Assembly: GCF_006345805.1 (NCBI RefSeq)
Contig: NC_043006.1
Span: 19,034,001 to 19,098,000, forward strand
Reading direction: 5' to 3'
Source: Octopus sinensis
Lineage: Eukaryota
DNA length: 64,000 nucleotides
In this document: positions 40,664-53,571 of the stretch, piece after piece
How the letters are laid out: the number at the start of each line of letters is the position of its first letter
Numbering within the stretch: the stretch's first letter is position 1
The notes under the pieces: model-generated
Told to the model about the DNA's origin: nothing
Databases searched by the model: none
What the model saw: the letters and a program-made list of their open reading frames with translations, nothing else
Made by a program: the position numbers and the translations under genes

Positions 40664-42756
40664 AGATAGATAAATATTATGTATGTTTGTACATATGTAT
40701 GTATTTAGGCAGGTATGTAGGAATGTACATCTGTAGGTAGGCAGACAGGCAAGTGGCAGTTAGGTAGGTAAGGAAGTCGGTCGGTAGTATGAAATGTGGC
40801 ATAAAGCATTCTATTATTTAGGAAAGAAGTTTTATAAATTCATTGTCAGTCGAAACCTTCAGAATACTTTCACCAGTTCACAAAAATAATTAATGAAATG
40901 AAGAATATGCCAACGAATATTTCAAAAATTACGAATTAGGTTTGGACCAAATCATTCAAAGAATACAATGAAAGTTTCATTGGTTTTGAAAAGCCTGACA
41001 TCACCTTGAAACTAGCTTTTTAATCTCATTTAGTAGACATATCGAAAACACCACAATGTTATAAATGCAGTAAAGGAATTTTCATGATACTATCAGTCCC
41101 AGTAATTGGCTGATACTTCATTTCATCGACTTTTGAGGGATGAGTGGTTCAGTTAACCTCAGCGGAATTTCAAACCAGAATGCAAAGAGCTTGAAATTGT
41201 TAGATATTTATTATAACATTTGTTTTTAAGAACGTAAAAGTCAAGAATTTAGCCAATCGCTTTCAGTACTTGGCTGCTTCTTTTATCGGTGACGAGAATA
41301 AACATAACGTTTCTCAACTAAACTAACCACGTTAATCAGCTTTATATTTTTTCAGGTTAATCTAAAAATATAAAGTTGCTGCTTTATTATTGTTTCCTTC
41401 GAAATTTGTTAGTAGAAGTATGTAAGACAATAACCAAAAATCGAACTTAGTTTGAAGGCTATAATTTCCAATATTACTAACAAAAAAACGTTATGCTATT
41501 AATACGTGTAACAACTCCCAAACTTTGATGCTGTTTTGATTTTCCATTTCTGTGGTTGTATGGTAATGGTAGCACTGTAGAGGGCTGTCGTTTCTTCTAC
41601 TTAATCTGGCATCGAATTCTTGCCGAAATTTCCTTTTTTCATCCCTTCAGATTCCATAAAATAGCTGCTATATTCTCAGTTAATTCACCACACGTATCTA
41701 CACAAATTTTCTTGACATCTCGTGTTCATTTAGTTATCAAAGATTCCTTTAGTAATAAATAATTCTCGAGTTCAGTTATGAATTAATATATTGGGGATGT
41801 AAACATAATAATCATCTCACTAGGGAATCAAAGCCAATTTAGACGTTCGACTTAGAAGAGGATCTCACCCTAAACTTATGGTATTATATTTATCCTATAA
41901 CACATGCATTTGAAAAGATCTCTTTAGTTATCCTTAAGGGAAAGATGTGTAGAATTAACTTCTTAAAAGCTTAAAGGCTGTCATAAATTAGAATTAATAT
42001 GTTAATACGTAATTTTAAATAATCCTTTGCAAAATTCTAAAGGCATTGGGGGTTATATTTGGACAAATGCTACGAAGCATCATCACCATGTACAATAAAT
42101 AGTCATGATAAATGAAGATATAATCAGAGATCTACTTAGTCATTTGGAAATACGCAGGTTATTGCAACCAAGGAATCGGAACCATATCAAGCAGTCGACT
42201 CAGATGACTTAAAGATTTTATAATGAGAAGACAGCTATTGTTTGTTTGGTTTTTTTGGCTGTCAATTCATAAAATCTTCTTTCTTTTTTAATTTCCGGAG
42301 TTTTTTGTTCTTCTTCGGAGCTGAAATTTCTATAATTTAATTTCGGTATTGCATTGGTCATCTTAATGAATTAGCAAAGTTGTAAATTCGTCCAGCTTTT
42401 CCAGCTTTTATGCCAGGCTCTATGTTGAAATATTTATTGAAACTACTTCGAAAATAACATACATGAGGATGAGAAATAGTAAAGCGCAAATGCTAATTTA
42501 GGCTTGAAAAAATATATTGGTATGACTAATGAGCAAGTTATAGCATTATTCTACTTTAACTATTTTAACTCTTTTCATACTAATTTGAATTAGTTTTAAT
42601 TATTGAAAAGGTTTTTAATAGCTACTCTCATTTTAGACGGTTAACGAGCTTATAGAAATATACCTGCAAAGGAAATTCAACTTGATATAAATTGCACATA
42701 ATACATTAAGTGAATATGATACTTAATTATACAGTTTGTGCGCGTGTGTGCATGGA

Positions 42757-42812
<56 letters not shown>

Positions 42813-43004
42813 TGTGTTTGTGTGTGTATAACTGTGTGTATTTTGTGCATGCGTATGTATGTGTGCGTGTGTGGCTACAATAAAAGGAACTCTGAAATTT
42901 CTACTTAATTTTTGTTCATGCAAAACAATTTCTTGTCATGTTATGTTTCAAAATGTGCCTAATTTGCTAAAATATTTTAAAATAGTTTATTCTCCATATT
43001 ACTA

Positions 43005-43115
43005 TCAACAGAGGATATAAATTGATATTAATGTCAACAGAGGATATAAATTGGTATTAATGTCAACAGAGGATATAAATTTGTATTAATGTCAACAGAG
43101 GATATAAATTTGTAT
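43005..43115 (+). repeat. 29-bp minisatellite, about 3.8 copies
   Basis: tcaacagaggatataaattNNtattaatg starting at 43005, 43034, 43063, 43092. Confidence 0.95.
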
Positions 43116-44878
43116 GTGTGATAAATGTGAAAAATTAAAAGTACTCTTTGTCATAGAAACCATCTAAAAGTTCACGACGCACAAAAATGGATGGTTTTTG
43201 AGAGACTGCCTCATTCAGAAAATTGCTATGTTTATAGTTGTTACTGGGAAGGCATATTAATATCTAGATTAGAGGTGACGTGGATTTAGCTTTCATTGAT
43301 AAAGTTGAAGGTACTAGTTCCATGTAAGAAATAACCTTCTCGCATTAATCTACCGAGGCGAACCAAAATCAACAAGGTCATTCACTGTTAAGATTGTTGT
43401 TGACTCCTTTTAAAGTGTTTTTCTGTTAGTATTCGATCCGCTACTTTAGGGTTCATACATCACAGATAGTGTTGTAGTTCGCCATTGTTCCTTATACTAG
43501 TAAGAAGTGAGGGAAAAATATGTCTTAAATTTCTAGACCTTTGAGATCGTACCAGTATTTGAATCCTGACGAATATATGAGTTTGTCAAAAAAAAAGAAA
43601 AAACTTGATCATGTAGAGACAATGAATGTTGTAAACGTCTAGACATTTATAGTAGACTCTGTGTGATCGACGTTTCGAAATCTTCAAGAAAGTGACAGTT
43701 CATACTTCACGCATAAATAGGCCAAGAAATGTTTATATAAAATGGTTGTCTTCTGACGGAATGAAGTTTGTGTTTCGAGTCCAGTGTGCACATTTTGGAG
43801 ATTCTATTGTCTAAGTATTCGAAGTCGCAAATTATTGCTGGTTGTTTATGCTCTTAGTAAGATACGAAAATAAACATGTATTTGCGCACGCCTGTGTCAC
43901 TATATCGTATTATGCAAAAAGTTGCGTGCCCTTCTTAGAAATAATATTGATTTATAGCAAAAGGGCAAATCGTAAGTTTATGACTGCAACCTTTTCATAA
44001 ATATGTCAAATGCTTTTGACATATAAAAGAAGTGGAATCCTGATCAGCATAACAAAACCACACATCACTGGCTCAACATACCAGAGCTTAGTACATGATA
44101 CTGTTGATGCTTTTCCAATTGCATACAAGATAAATATATATGCATTTTTTAAATTATTATTTCGTTCGAGAAATTTTTTAAATTATCGAAAGCATTCATG
44201 CTTCAAGCCAAACCGTGTAAATTATTGTTGATCTAGTTAGCTATTCTCGCATTACTATATCGACAAGAGCATGCTTTCCTGGTGTGATGTAATAATGGAA
44301 AATGCCCGGGTTGCCCTCCGTATAAACGAAATGATTCAAATGTATCAGAATTAGCATTTTATTGCTCATTGTATTAAGCTTTTTAACATTTGCTTTTCTG
44401 TATAGTAGATTGACTAATAGTCAGGTTACTGTTGTGGCGAGAGTCACTAACACCCTGTGGGGTTGAAAGAATGGACTAACCGAAGTCTCATAAAAAGTAA
44501 CTTATTGGTTGTGACGAGAGAAGTCGCAGGAGTCGTTTTTGTTGATTTATTAACGTTACGGATGGAATGTCCTATGTTGAAGGTCCTCCCTAATGGTGTT
44601 TCCCACAGTTGGAATTTTTGAACCTTTGTTGAATTATTCACTTTTGTTTTGTTTCCTCTTCCAGAGGGGGGTGGGAGAATAGCAGTAAGCAATGGAAGTG
44701 TTACAAACACGTGGCGGTGGCTACGCTCCAGTAGCAGGTAAAGAGAATGTAGCAGCTACTGTGAACTAACTGGAAGTTAAGGAAGTACCTGTTGACTTTG
44801 AAATAGTAAGAAACAGCCAGAAATTAATCCAAAGTGAGGGGTCAAGTTTAAAATTGACCACGAAGTATAAAGGAGAAA

Positions 44879-45230
44879 ATGGTGGTTTATAGAACCTTTT
44901 CACTGAGAAGCAAGAAGATAGAAATGGCTAGCGAGGAAGCTATAGAAGAGTGCTTGGAATATATAAGAAGGGAAATTGAATTTTACTGCAGAGGAAGACA
45001 GTATGGTACAGGGGAGGTGAGTTTCCCTACTGTGGAGGAGGCAGTAAAGTACTCCATTGTAACGTTGAAAACAGAAAAATGGGCACTCCTGCCAACCTAC
45101 CTCGATACACGAGTCGCGAGAGTGAGGATTGGCAGAGTGCCCCCCTCCTGAGATTAACAAGATGTGGCTGCTTGCAACTATCTTTATAGAATCAAAGGAG
45201 GACCCAGAAGTGCTACAAGTTAACCGCACC
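44879..45230 (+). pseudogene. Possible retroelement ORF1 fragment
   Basis: Non-repetitive peptide VSFPTVEEAVKY..LLPTY..RVARVRIGRVPP has an RRM-like LINE ORF1 pattern; no catalytic motif. Confidence 0.4.
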
Positions 45231-45904
45231 AAACAATTGAATAATCTTTTTCTATGGTTTTTGTCTTTTTATGCATAGACAGAATTTGTAATAGCGAAAG
45301 ATAAAGGAACCAATCCTTTGATCTGTAATTGTCTTGATCATGCCTGCAATCCAACCTCAGTAAGGTACGCACTACTGATCTCACAGTTAGTTTCCTATTG
45401 AGAATACATTTCATAAAATATAAATGAATGCTCCAACTATATCAACAATACTCCAAACATAAAAAAATGTTTTGTAACTTACAGAAAACAAATCTGAAGT
45501 AAGTGTCATAAATGTACGCAATACTTTTCGACTTACTTATTCGAAAATATTCACAAAGACGTTGTTATTCCTATGGTGTAGGCATTTATGCTTTTCTGAA
45601 CATTGTTCGTGATGTTAGTAAAATTGAAAACGCTATAAATCAAGATCAAAAATACTTAGAAAATCTCCGTTGACCCAGACGTGTACTCTGCAACCTCGGT
45701 CCGTGATAAAACATTAGATAAGCCATGAAATGTGCTCTGTCCAAATGTATGGAGAGTAATCAAATTTTCAATAACAACTTGGTCTAACGAAAGAAAAGTT
45801 ATAAGATTGAGATGACAAAAGTTATCGATTCATCGGTTTTTATTGATTCTATAATGCTGACACCACGATTTGTTTTGCACATGCCGTCACTACTACTACT
45901 ACTG

Positions 45905-45962
<58 letters not shown>

Positions 45963-46244
45963 AACTACAACTGCTACTACTACCAGTACCAGCACCCACC
46001 ATCATCACCACTAATGATAGTGATGATGATGATGATGATGATGATGATGACGACGACGACGATGAAAGCAGCGGTAGCGGTTGTGATGGTGCTGGTGGGG
46101 ATGGTGTTTTAATTTATTGGACCTCATGAATTCAAAGAAATACAAAAAAAAAACCTTAAAGAAATACTCGACAGATAATATACAAAGTTCCGTGGTGTGA
46201 GGCAAATATGAGGAGAGCTGAAGAACATAAAATATATATAGTAC

Positions 46245-46410
46245 AGGAGTGGCTGTGTGGTAAGTAGCTTGCTAACCAACCACATGGTTCCGGGTTCAGT
46301 CCCACTGCGTGGCATCTTGGGCAAGTGTCTTCTGCTATAGCCCCGGGCCGACCAATGCCTTGTGAGTGGATTTGGTAGACGGAAACTGAAAGAAGCCTGT
46401 CGTATATATG

Positions 46411-46441
<31 letters not shown>

Positions 46442-46650
46442 TTGTGTGTCTCTGTTTGTCCCCCTAGCATTGCTTGACAACCGATGCTGGTGTGTTTACG
46501 TCCCCGTCACTTAGCGGTTCAGCAAAAGAGACCGATAGAATAAGTACTGGGCTTACAAAGAATAAGTCCCGGGGTCGATTTGCTCGACTAAAAGGTGGTG
46601 CTCCGGCATGGCCGCAGTCAAATGACTGAAACAAGTAAAAGAGTAAAGAG
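46245..46650 (+). mobile_element. SINE family B
   Basis: 8-bp TSD tatagtac at 46237-46244 and 46651-46658. Confidence 0.92.
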
Positions 46651-46891
46651 TATAGTACGACGAATTAAAACATGAAAAAATGGCATAAATTTTGAAATAT
46701 GACTAAAATACATTAAAAGGAGATGTTTGTAGAAAATGTATACATCCAGTTCAGTTGCTTAGTGTTCCTCACAGTCCTGATCGGGGTACATTTTACTTCC
46801 TTCGTGTATTGTTCCTGAATGAAGATTCCAGAATAGCTTGTAAGACATTCTAGGGTTTTAGTGCGGGCCAATACCCTGTGATTCCTTCATA

Positions 46892-47072
46892 TACGAGGTG
46901 TGCTGAAAAGTTCCTGACTTTAAGGGCAACGCGAAAAGCCTGATTGGAGCCCCAAACTTCCTAGTTCTTTTACAGGACCTGGAACAACTGAAAGACTTCT
47001 GCAATAAGTGTGTGAATCTGAGACGAGAATATGTTGAAAACAATCATAATTAACTGCAGGAAACACTTCGTA
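46892..47072 (+). mobile_element. Mariner-derived MITE
   Basis: TA-CGAGGTGTG..TTCCTG and CAGGAAACACTTCG-TA ends; internal CNKCVNLRREYVE resembles a mariner C-terminus. Confidence 0.7.
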
Positions 47073-48267
47073 AAGTCTATCCAACATTTGGACTTATGTT
47101 CTGTCCTTTCATAGTGTTGGAAATATAATTTCATTTTGCTTCTAATTGCAGGTATTGCTAAGTGGGGATTTCAGTTCGTTTAGAAATGTGGCTGGTTCGT
47201 CTATTCAGAATATAGTCTCACTTACCTAAGTTATAAGTTCCTCTTCGGCAAAGTGTCTCTACTTCACAAGTGTTGTACACCTGTACACATTCACACGCCT
47301 TTTGATTATTTTCTATTGTTATTTTTATTTTTCTCCAGTTTGAAGAATAAGTCTTCCTATCCACTTTAAGTCTTTCTCTGTTATCCATCCTCAGAAGATG
47401 TCTTGTTACTGCTATGATGGCGTGCTTCTGTTCTTTTAGTGCAAAATGCTGTAGTTGGTGATGTGGATGATTCTCATTGTCTTCGTCGGTTGTACTGGGA
47501 GACGGGGGTGGGGGTGGAGGCTTTCCTATTTGCTGCTGGCGATGCCGCTGGGACAATTTTATTTAGTGATTTGTTTTGTTATAGTTGCTTTTGTTCTTTT
47601 AGGTTGTCTGCAAATCAAAAACGAGGAGGCGTTACAGCCAGATGTGTAGCTGCTCAGCTGTGTATGTTGAAAGCTGAATTTGAAGGTCTTCCTCTCAGCT
47701 CCTTTAAGAGCACATATAGTCATTTAGATTCATGAGGATTTTATGACCTTTTGACCTACCCCGACCATATATCGTGCCAGTGGCAGGTATCGTCACTGAC
47801 ATCACAGATAGTAAATCATCTGTTCCTCCTTCCCAAGTATTGCAGGACAATCAGAAATGAAATGGCAACAATCTTTAAAGCATTATCATCAACACGTAAA
47901 AGGAGAAACGAACAAGAGGAGGAAAATGAAGAAGGTGTTTTACGATAGGAAGGAAACAACGAATCTGAGGTCAGTGGTTACTCAATGCTCATCAATCGTT
48001 GGCGAGTCACTGACGAATTGAAATAAAATAACAAAACATTTGACAACATAAACTACATAAGCAGAAAGGTGAAAGAGTAACATCAATGTGAATCTTGCAA
48101 CGGCCTACATTTTATGCCTGTGAACGTTTTCTGCCTCTTATTCCGTAGATACTTGGTGAGGATCTTTTTCCTTGAATTCCATGGGATGTCATAAACTTGG
48201 TACTCCATGCCAAGCTTTTGACATAATCCCTTCTATGTTTTTTTTTGTACCAAGTACCCATGTACAT

Positions 48268-48497
48268 AGGCGCAGGAGTGGCTGTGTGGTAAGTAGCTTG
48301 CTAACCAGCCACATGGTTCCGGGTTCAGTCCCACTGCGTGGCATCTTGGGCAAGTGTCTTCTGCTATAGCCCCGGGCCGACCAATGCCTTGTGAGTGGAT
48401 TTGGTAGACGGAAACTGAAAGAAGCCTGTCGTATATATGTATATATATATATATATATAATGACTGAAACAAGTAAAAGAGTAAAAGAGTAAAGAGT
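48268..48497 (+). mobile_element. SINE family B with internal deletion
   Basis: Head plus TA tract joined directly to the atgactgaaacaag tail. Confidence 0.88.
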
Positions 48498-48639
48498 ATA
48501 TACTATTTTCACATTGAACTGATCAATTATTTTTTATTTATTTTGTTCCGATAAATAAATGCTACCAATGCTCCCTGAGGAGACATCTGTTTTTACTTAT
48601 TTTATACCTCACGTCAAGTTTATTAGCTATCTTAATTAT

Positions 48640-49513
48640 GTTGCTGATTGGACGAGGTAGTTACTGGTCTCTTTCCTCAGCTTTAGGTACTGTTCTAGTG
48701 CCTCAGTACGAGCTTCGTATGAGACCAATGAAGATATGAGACCACGACAACCACCTTTGTTTCTACATCTTTATTGATGTTGAGGCTTCCTGTAACACTG
48801 AGCAGTTTGCGAATTCGAACATTTATTTCATTGAGTGCTTGTAGTGACCAGTTCAAAAAGCCAAACATACGTGTGAGGACAGACACTGCAAAGATGTTGT
48901 GGGCAAAATGCTTGCTGTAAACTGAGAGTTCTAATGACCATATTCTCTTGACTCTCCTGAGGTATTCATTCCTGATCCGCTCTTTATTTATGGGTCCATC
49001 ACATCTGACATTTTCATCTTGTCATCTGACTGTAGACGTTGTATGGTCAAGCCGATCATGTTTAAATCTTCAGAGAGAATGGTATAAATCTTCCACGTCT
49101 TATTGTCAAAATGCACATTTGGATGCTCTGAATTTCATTCCAAGTATATAGAAAAATGAGCGATAAGGTTCAATTGCTTTTTTATATGGTTGATATTTGA
49201 CCCATATATTTTCAGATCGTCGACAAAAAAATGATGTGATGTACTTCTGGATCCATCTCTATGTCCACTATATTTTGTGAGCAGATATGATAGTGGGTTT
49301 AAAGAAACGACGAAGATCAACACCAATAGAGTATCACCCTGAAAGATACCCTTTTGAAATGGAATGCTATCCGACCCAGTTTTCTCCTTATTATTCCTAA
49401 GGAGCAAATTGGTGCACTAAGTCTTGATAAGGCGTTCAGTAGTATTCACTAGTGACTGTAGGACTTTGGCTAACTATAAAACATACATGTATGTACGTAT
49501 GTATGTATGTATG

Positions 49514-49544
<31 letters not shown>

Positions 49545-49720
49545 TGTATACTGGCACTGGATGGCGTACCGAAGTCAAACATTAGTTTTGTAAAAACCAA
49601 TAAGTTCAAGCAACAAGAAACATATTGTGTTGACAAGATCCACAATTTCTGGTTAAAGAAGCTTACCAGGTTCCATGGGCATATGGCGGCAGCATTCTTC
49701 GTATATTTAACTCTATTTCT
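48640..49720 (-). mobile_element. RLE-type (R4/Dong-like) LINE RT fragments
   Basis: KGIFQGDTL, HHFFVDDLKIYG, FGFLNWS..EINVRIRKLL. Confidence 0.8.
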
Positions 49721-50139
49721 ACAATTACACATACAATGAACACATGCGTGAGTTTCACTCTGAAAGCTATATTATATAAAAATGTGAGTTATGACACCAC
49801 AATTATAGGTATGTTCCTTACTTTGTGGTTCACACTATCTCATTTATCACTTGTTTTTTATTTCATATATTGTAATAATTTCCTGGAATTATAATGGCAC
49901 ACAAGTTATTTGCTTAAATTTTACAAATTCATGTCTCTTATCGTTAATAAATTTGATGATAAAATATAAAAGTCCGTTTTATTTATATCCTATGGGAATA
50001 TCAAAATACGGAGATGTTAACATATCATTTACAGATACCTCTTACGCGCAGATGTAAATGAAATTTTTGGATAATTTTCAACTTGCAAAATCTGGTTGTA
50101 TAATGTATCTTATTAGCATCTGGATGATAAGAGTTTTAA

Positions 50140-50350
50140 TCCTTTCTTCTATAGACACACGGCCAATTATTTCGGGTGATGGGGGATGCTTGATTACATC
50201 GACTCCAGTGTTCAATTGATACTTATCAATCCCGAAATGATGAAAGGCAAAACTGACCTTGGTGAATTTTGAACTCAGAACATAAAGCCGGTAGAAACAC
50301 CGCAGAGTATTTTATTTGATGTATTAACAATTCTGCCAGCTCGCCACCTT
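50140..50350 (-). mobile_element. Diverged SINE family C variant
   Basis: gatgaaaggcaaaactgacc..tttgaactcagaac..ctgccagctcgcc. Confidence 0.75.
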
Positions 50351-51146
50351 CAATAATAATTTTTTCTACAGTAGGTACAAGGCCTGAAATTTAGAGGGAT
50401 AGGAAAACTGAGTTGAATTAAAATATGATATTGCATCGTGTGCGATATTTGATTTCCAAAATTATTCATGAATATATGGCTATAGACATATGCAATGTTT
50501 TCATGAGTGGAGGGCTGTGTCTATGTATGTGTGTATGTTGTTTATATGTTTATGCCATTTTTATGACTAGTAGAAGCTAATATATTCCCAAGCCTTTATC
50601 GTAAGTGTCTGTTTATCGTTCACTTAATCCACCAAGCAAAATGTATCTCAATCATTTTATGAAGAAGATCATTACACAGCTGCGTGACTTTCTCCAAAGA
50701 ACAGCCAAATACCTCAAGCCGCAACGTAACGTTAAAAAAATGGTATCAGCACAAATTTTTATTTATCTTTGGTTACAGTCTCCTGTGACATCCGGAACGC
50801 ACTACTTTGCAATCAATATACTGGGGTTGGTCAGGATTCTGCTAAGCTCTAGACTTCGTCAGAAGAATGCTGAACAGCTGGTATTAGAGCATTGTACATG
50901 AAGCACGTGACTACGGTGCAAATATCCAGAAGGAAGCTGAGGCTTCATGATTGAATATTTTATTGTAGTTTTTGTTTTTTGTTCCTTTTCCAGATGCGGT
51001 TAAAAATCTGGTGTGCCTTCTGTCTGCGATATTCCAGAGAACATGGTGCGTTCATACAAGACTCTTACGAAAATATTTTGGAGAAGAAAGAGTAGGTTGA
51101 GAAGTTGGAGAATGTTTATTAGCTGCTGCCCACTTCTGCTGATATA

Positions 51147-51544
51147 TCTTTATATATAAAAGTGAAGTTGTGTGTCTGTCTCCTACCATTTAGATTCCTA
51201 ACTACTCCCACATTTTGCGGTGCAGTTTAACCAAAACCGGGTATCTTATAGTCGTGATTCATATCGAGCCCTTCTGGGTATTAGCGCGCGTCTACGATGA
51301 GAACTACGATTTAAAAAAAATTTAACATAATTTTTTTCCATTTTAATACTTTTTTTTCGCTATTATATAAGGGAAGTAACTCTCTAAAAATGTCTACAAT
51401 GAGTCGACGATTTAAAAAAAATTTACCATAATTTTTTTTCCATTTTTAATGCATTTTTTTGCTATTTTTTGGCTATAACTCTCTAAAAATGCTTATATAG
51501 TTATTTCCCTTACAAACCCGAGCAACGCCGGGCGATACTGCTAG
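51147..51544 (+). mobile_element. Non-autonomous Helitron
   Basis: Inserted between A and T; 5' TC, 3' GC hairpin cccgagcaacgccggg then CTAG at 51541-51544; internal dimer of about 100 bp. Confidence 0.8.
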
Positions 51545-52049
51545 TACTCGATAAACGCTTCTGCTAGTCAGTCGAGATGACAATCGATTTTCCAGACTTT
51601 ATTCGGTGTTCGTGATCACCAGCTGTATTTTTGAAAATTACCGGCCATGGTTATTTTCGTGGACCTTAAAACCAGTAGATCAATACCATAGAGGAATGGC
51701 ATAGAAAGGGGATTTTATATTAGTATTTGTGTATGCTAAGTTGATTGTCATTATCGTACGGACTGATATTGTCACAAGAGTTTAGCATGGTGGTGTGCAA
51801 AATAATGTTTGCATCAATCTGGAGATTGATATAGTGCATATATTCCCCAAGAATGACTGTATGTTGAATATTTCCATCAATTTTGGTGCATATATTATAA
51901 GAGTACTTGAATAAATGATAAAAGAAAACAGTAAATTAATTTATTTTGTCTGGTTGAAGATTTCACTGTCGATCGTTTAAATGAAGAGGATTACATGGAA
52001 ACAGATAAACAAAGAAAGAAATAGATTAGAATGCCTTCTCTGCCCCCTC

Positions 52050-52222
52050 TGCCGGTGGCAGGTAAAAACACCCACTACACTCACGGAGTGGTTGGCGTTA
52101 GGAAGGGCATCCATCTGTAGAAACACTGCCTGATCAGACTCGAACCTGGTACAGCCTCCTGGCTTCTAAGACCCCAGGCGAACCGTCCAACCCATGCTAG
52201 CATGGAAAACGGACGTAAATCG
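52050..52222 (+). mobile_element. 3' part of another SINE family
   Basis: ggcgttaggaagggcatccatctgtagaaac..ccaacccatgctagcatggaaaacggacgt, a recurrent SINE 3' motif from recall. Confidence 0.55.
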
Positions 52223-52447
52223 TAATATTCATAAGGTTCAATTAGCGCTATCATACGTTCGTAGTAATTATCAGATTTCAAAATGCATTTGCCTGATAGT
52301 TGAGTTCTTGACAACGGTAGTAAAATGACTGACTTCTTTTTGTACCTCTTAGAAGGCTCCAACAAGCTGAATTTTTGGAATATTGTTTTGACCAATCCGC
52401 CTGTAGCTTAAACGTCACGGTTTGCCGGGAATACCGATATTACTGGC
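52222..52447 (-). repeat. Dispersed repeat (probable MITE end), copy 1
   Basis: Reverse-complement homologue of 58043-58268; homologous ORFs 52081- and 58095+. Confidence 0.8.
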
Positions 52448-52574
52448 GTAGATCTTGCTTCTATTTTAACCAATTAGCTTGAGCTTTACATGTAATGGTT
52501 TAATCAGTGAGCAAACTCAGTTGGTTTCCATCTTTTTTTTATTTCAATCGGTGGGAGTCTTCTAAAAAATTTTT

Positions 52575-52915
52575 AATCTACATCATTAAGTGGATGTTAT
52601 ATTATCGTTGTTATTTCCGTTCAGAACAGTTTTTGAACCGTTTTTATTTTATCTTTCTTCCAACCTCACTCGTGTCATGTAGTTTGTGGAAAGGAAAAAT
52701 TAGAAGCATTTTCTGACTACATGTTTTTATATGTTCGCTCAATGGAAATTGGCGAACATTAGTGTTCCGGATTTGTTGTCTGTGGACTCGTTAGCGTTCA
52801 GATAATGCATTCCCTGTCTCACCAATATAAAGTTCCTTGCAATTCGGGTATTTAATGCAGTAGATCAAATTTCTGCCTTTGCAGTTCATATCTGCATTTG
52901 CGAAAATCTGTCCAA
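52575..52915 (-). pseudogene. Penelope-like GIY-YIG endonuclease fragment (inverted copy)
   Basis: Minus strand reads NCKGRNLIYCIKYPNCKELYIGETGNALSER. Confidence 0.85.
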
Positions 52916-53000
52916 ATTTTGTGCTCCCAGAATGCATGTAGTGACACGTTCCACATCTGTTATCATAGCGATTGTATAATGTGAATGTGCTTCATTAGTT

Positions 53001-53545
53001 ATGTTTTTATTACTTTCCTTAAGCAAAAGGCAACCACATAAACTAAAGAAACTATTAACAAAGGTAAAATTCAACATGAATAAACAGGATAAAATATTCG
53101 CAGTATCCAAGTGTAATGATAACACATGTGGAACGTGTCAGGAAATGCTTACTGGTAGATCCATTAGAACACAAGAATGGGCAGATTTTTGCAAATGTAG
53201 ATATGAACTACAAAAGCAGAAAATGAACTACTGCATTAAAAAATTCCTGAATTGTGTGGAACTATATATTGGTGAGACAAGGAATGCATTATCGGAAAGC
53301 TTACGTGTCCATAGAAAACAAAGCGGAAACACTAATGTTTGCTAAATTACATTGAGCGAACATATAGAACCATGTAGTCAGAAACTGTTTCTAATTTTTC
53401 CTTTCCACAAATTACACGACACAAGTGAGGCTGAAAGAATGATAAAAGAAAAAAATGCTTCATTAAAATGTTCAGACCTGTTCTGAACGGAAATAACAAC
53501 AATAATATTAATATAACAACCAGTTAATTATGTGGATTAAAAAAA
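53001..53545 (+). pseudogene. Penelope-like linker and GIY-YIG endonuclease fragment with 3' end
   Basis: KCNDNTCGTC zinc motif, NCVELYIGETRNALSESLRVH; diverged inverted homologue of 52575-52915. Confidence 0.85.
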
Positions 53546-53571
53546 ATATCTGTAAATTATGAGTATAAACG

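Noticed and set aside
43005-43115. CRISPR-like 29-bp repeats
   Set aside because: Contiguous tandem units without unique spacers in a eukaryotic context; a minisatellite.
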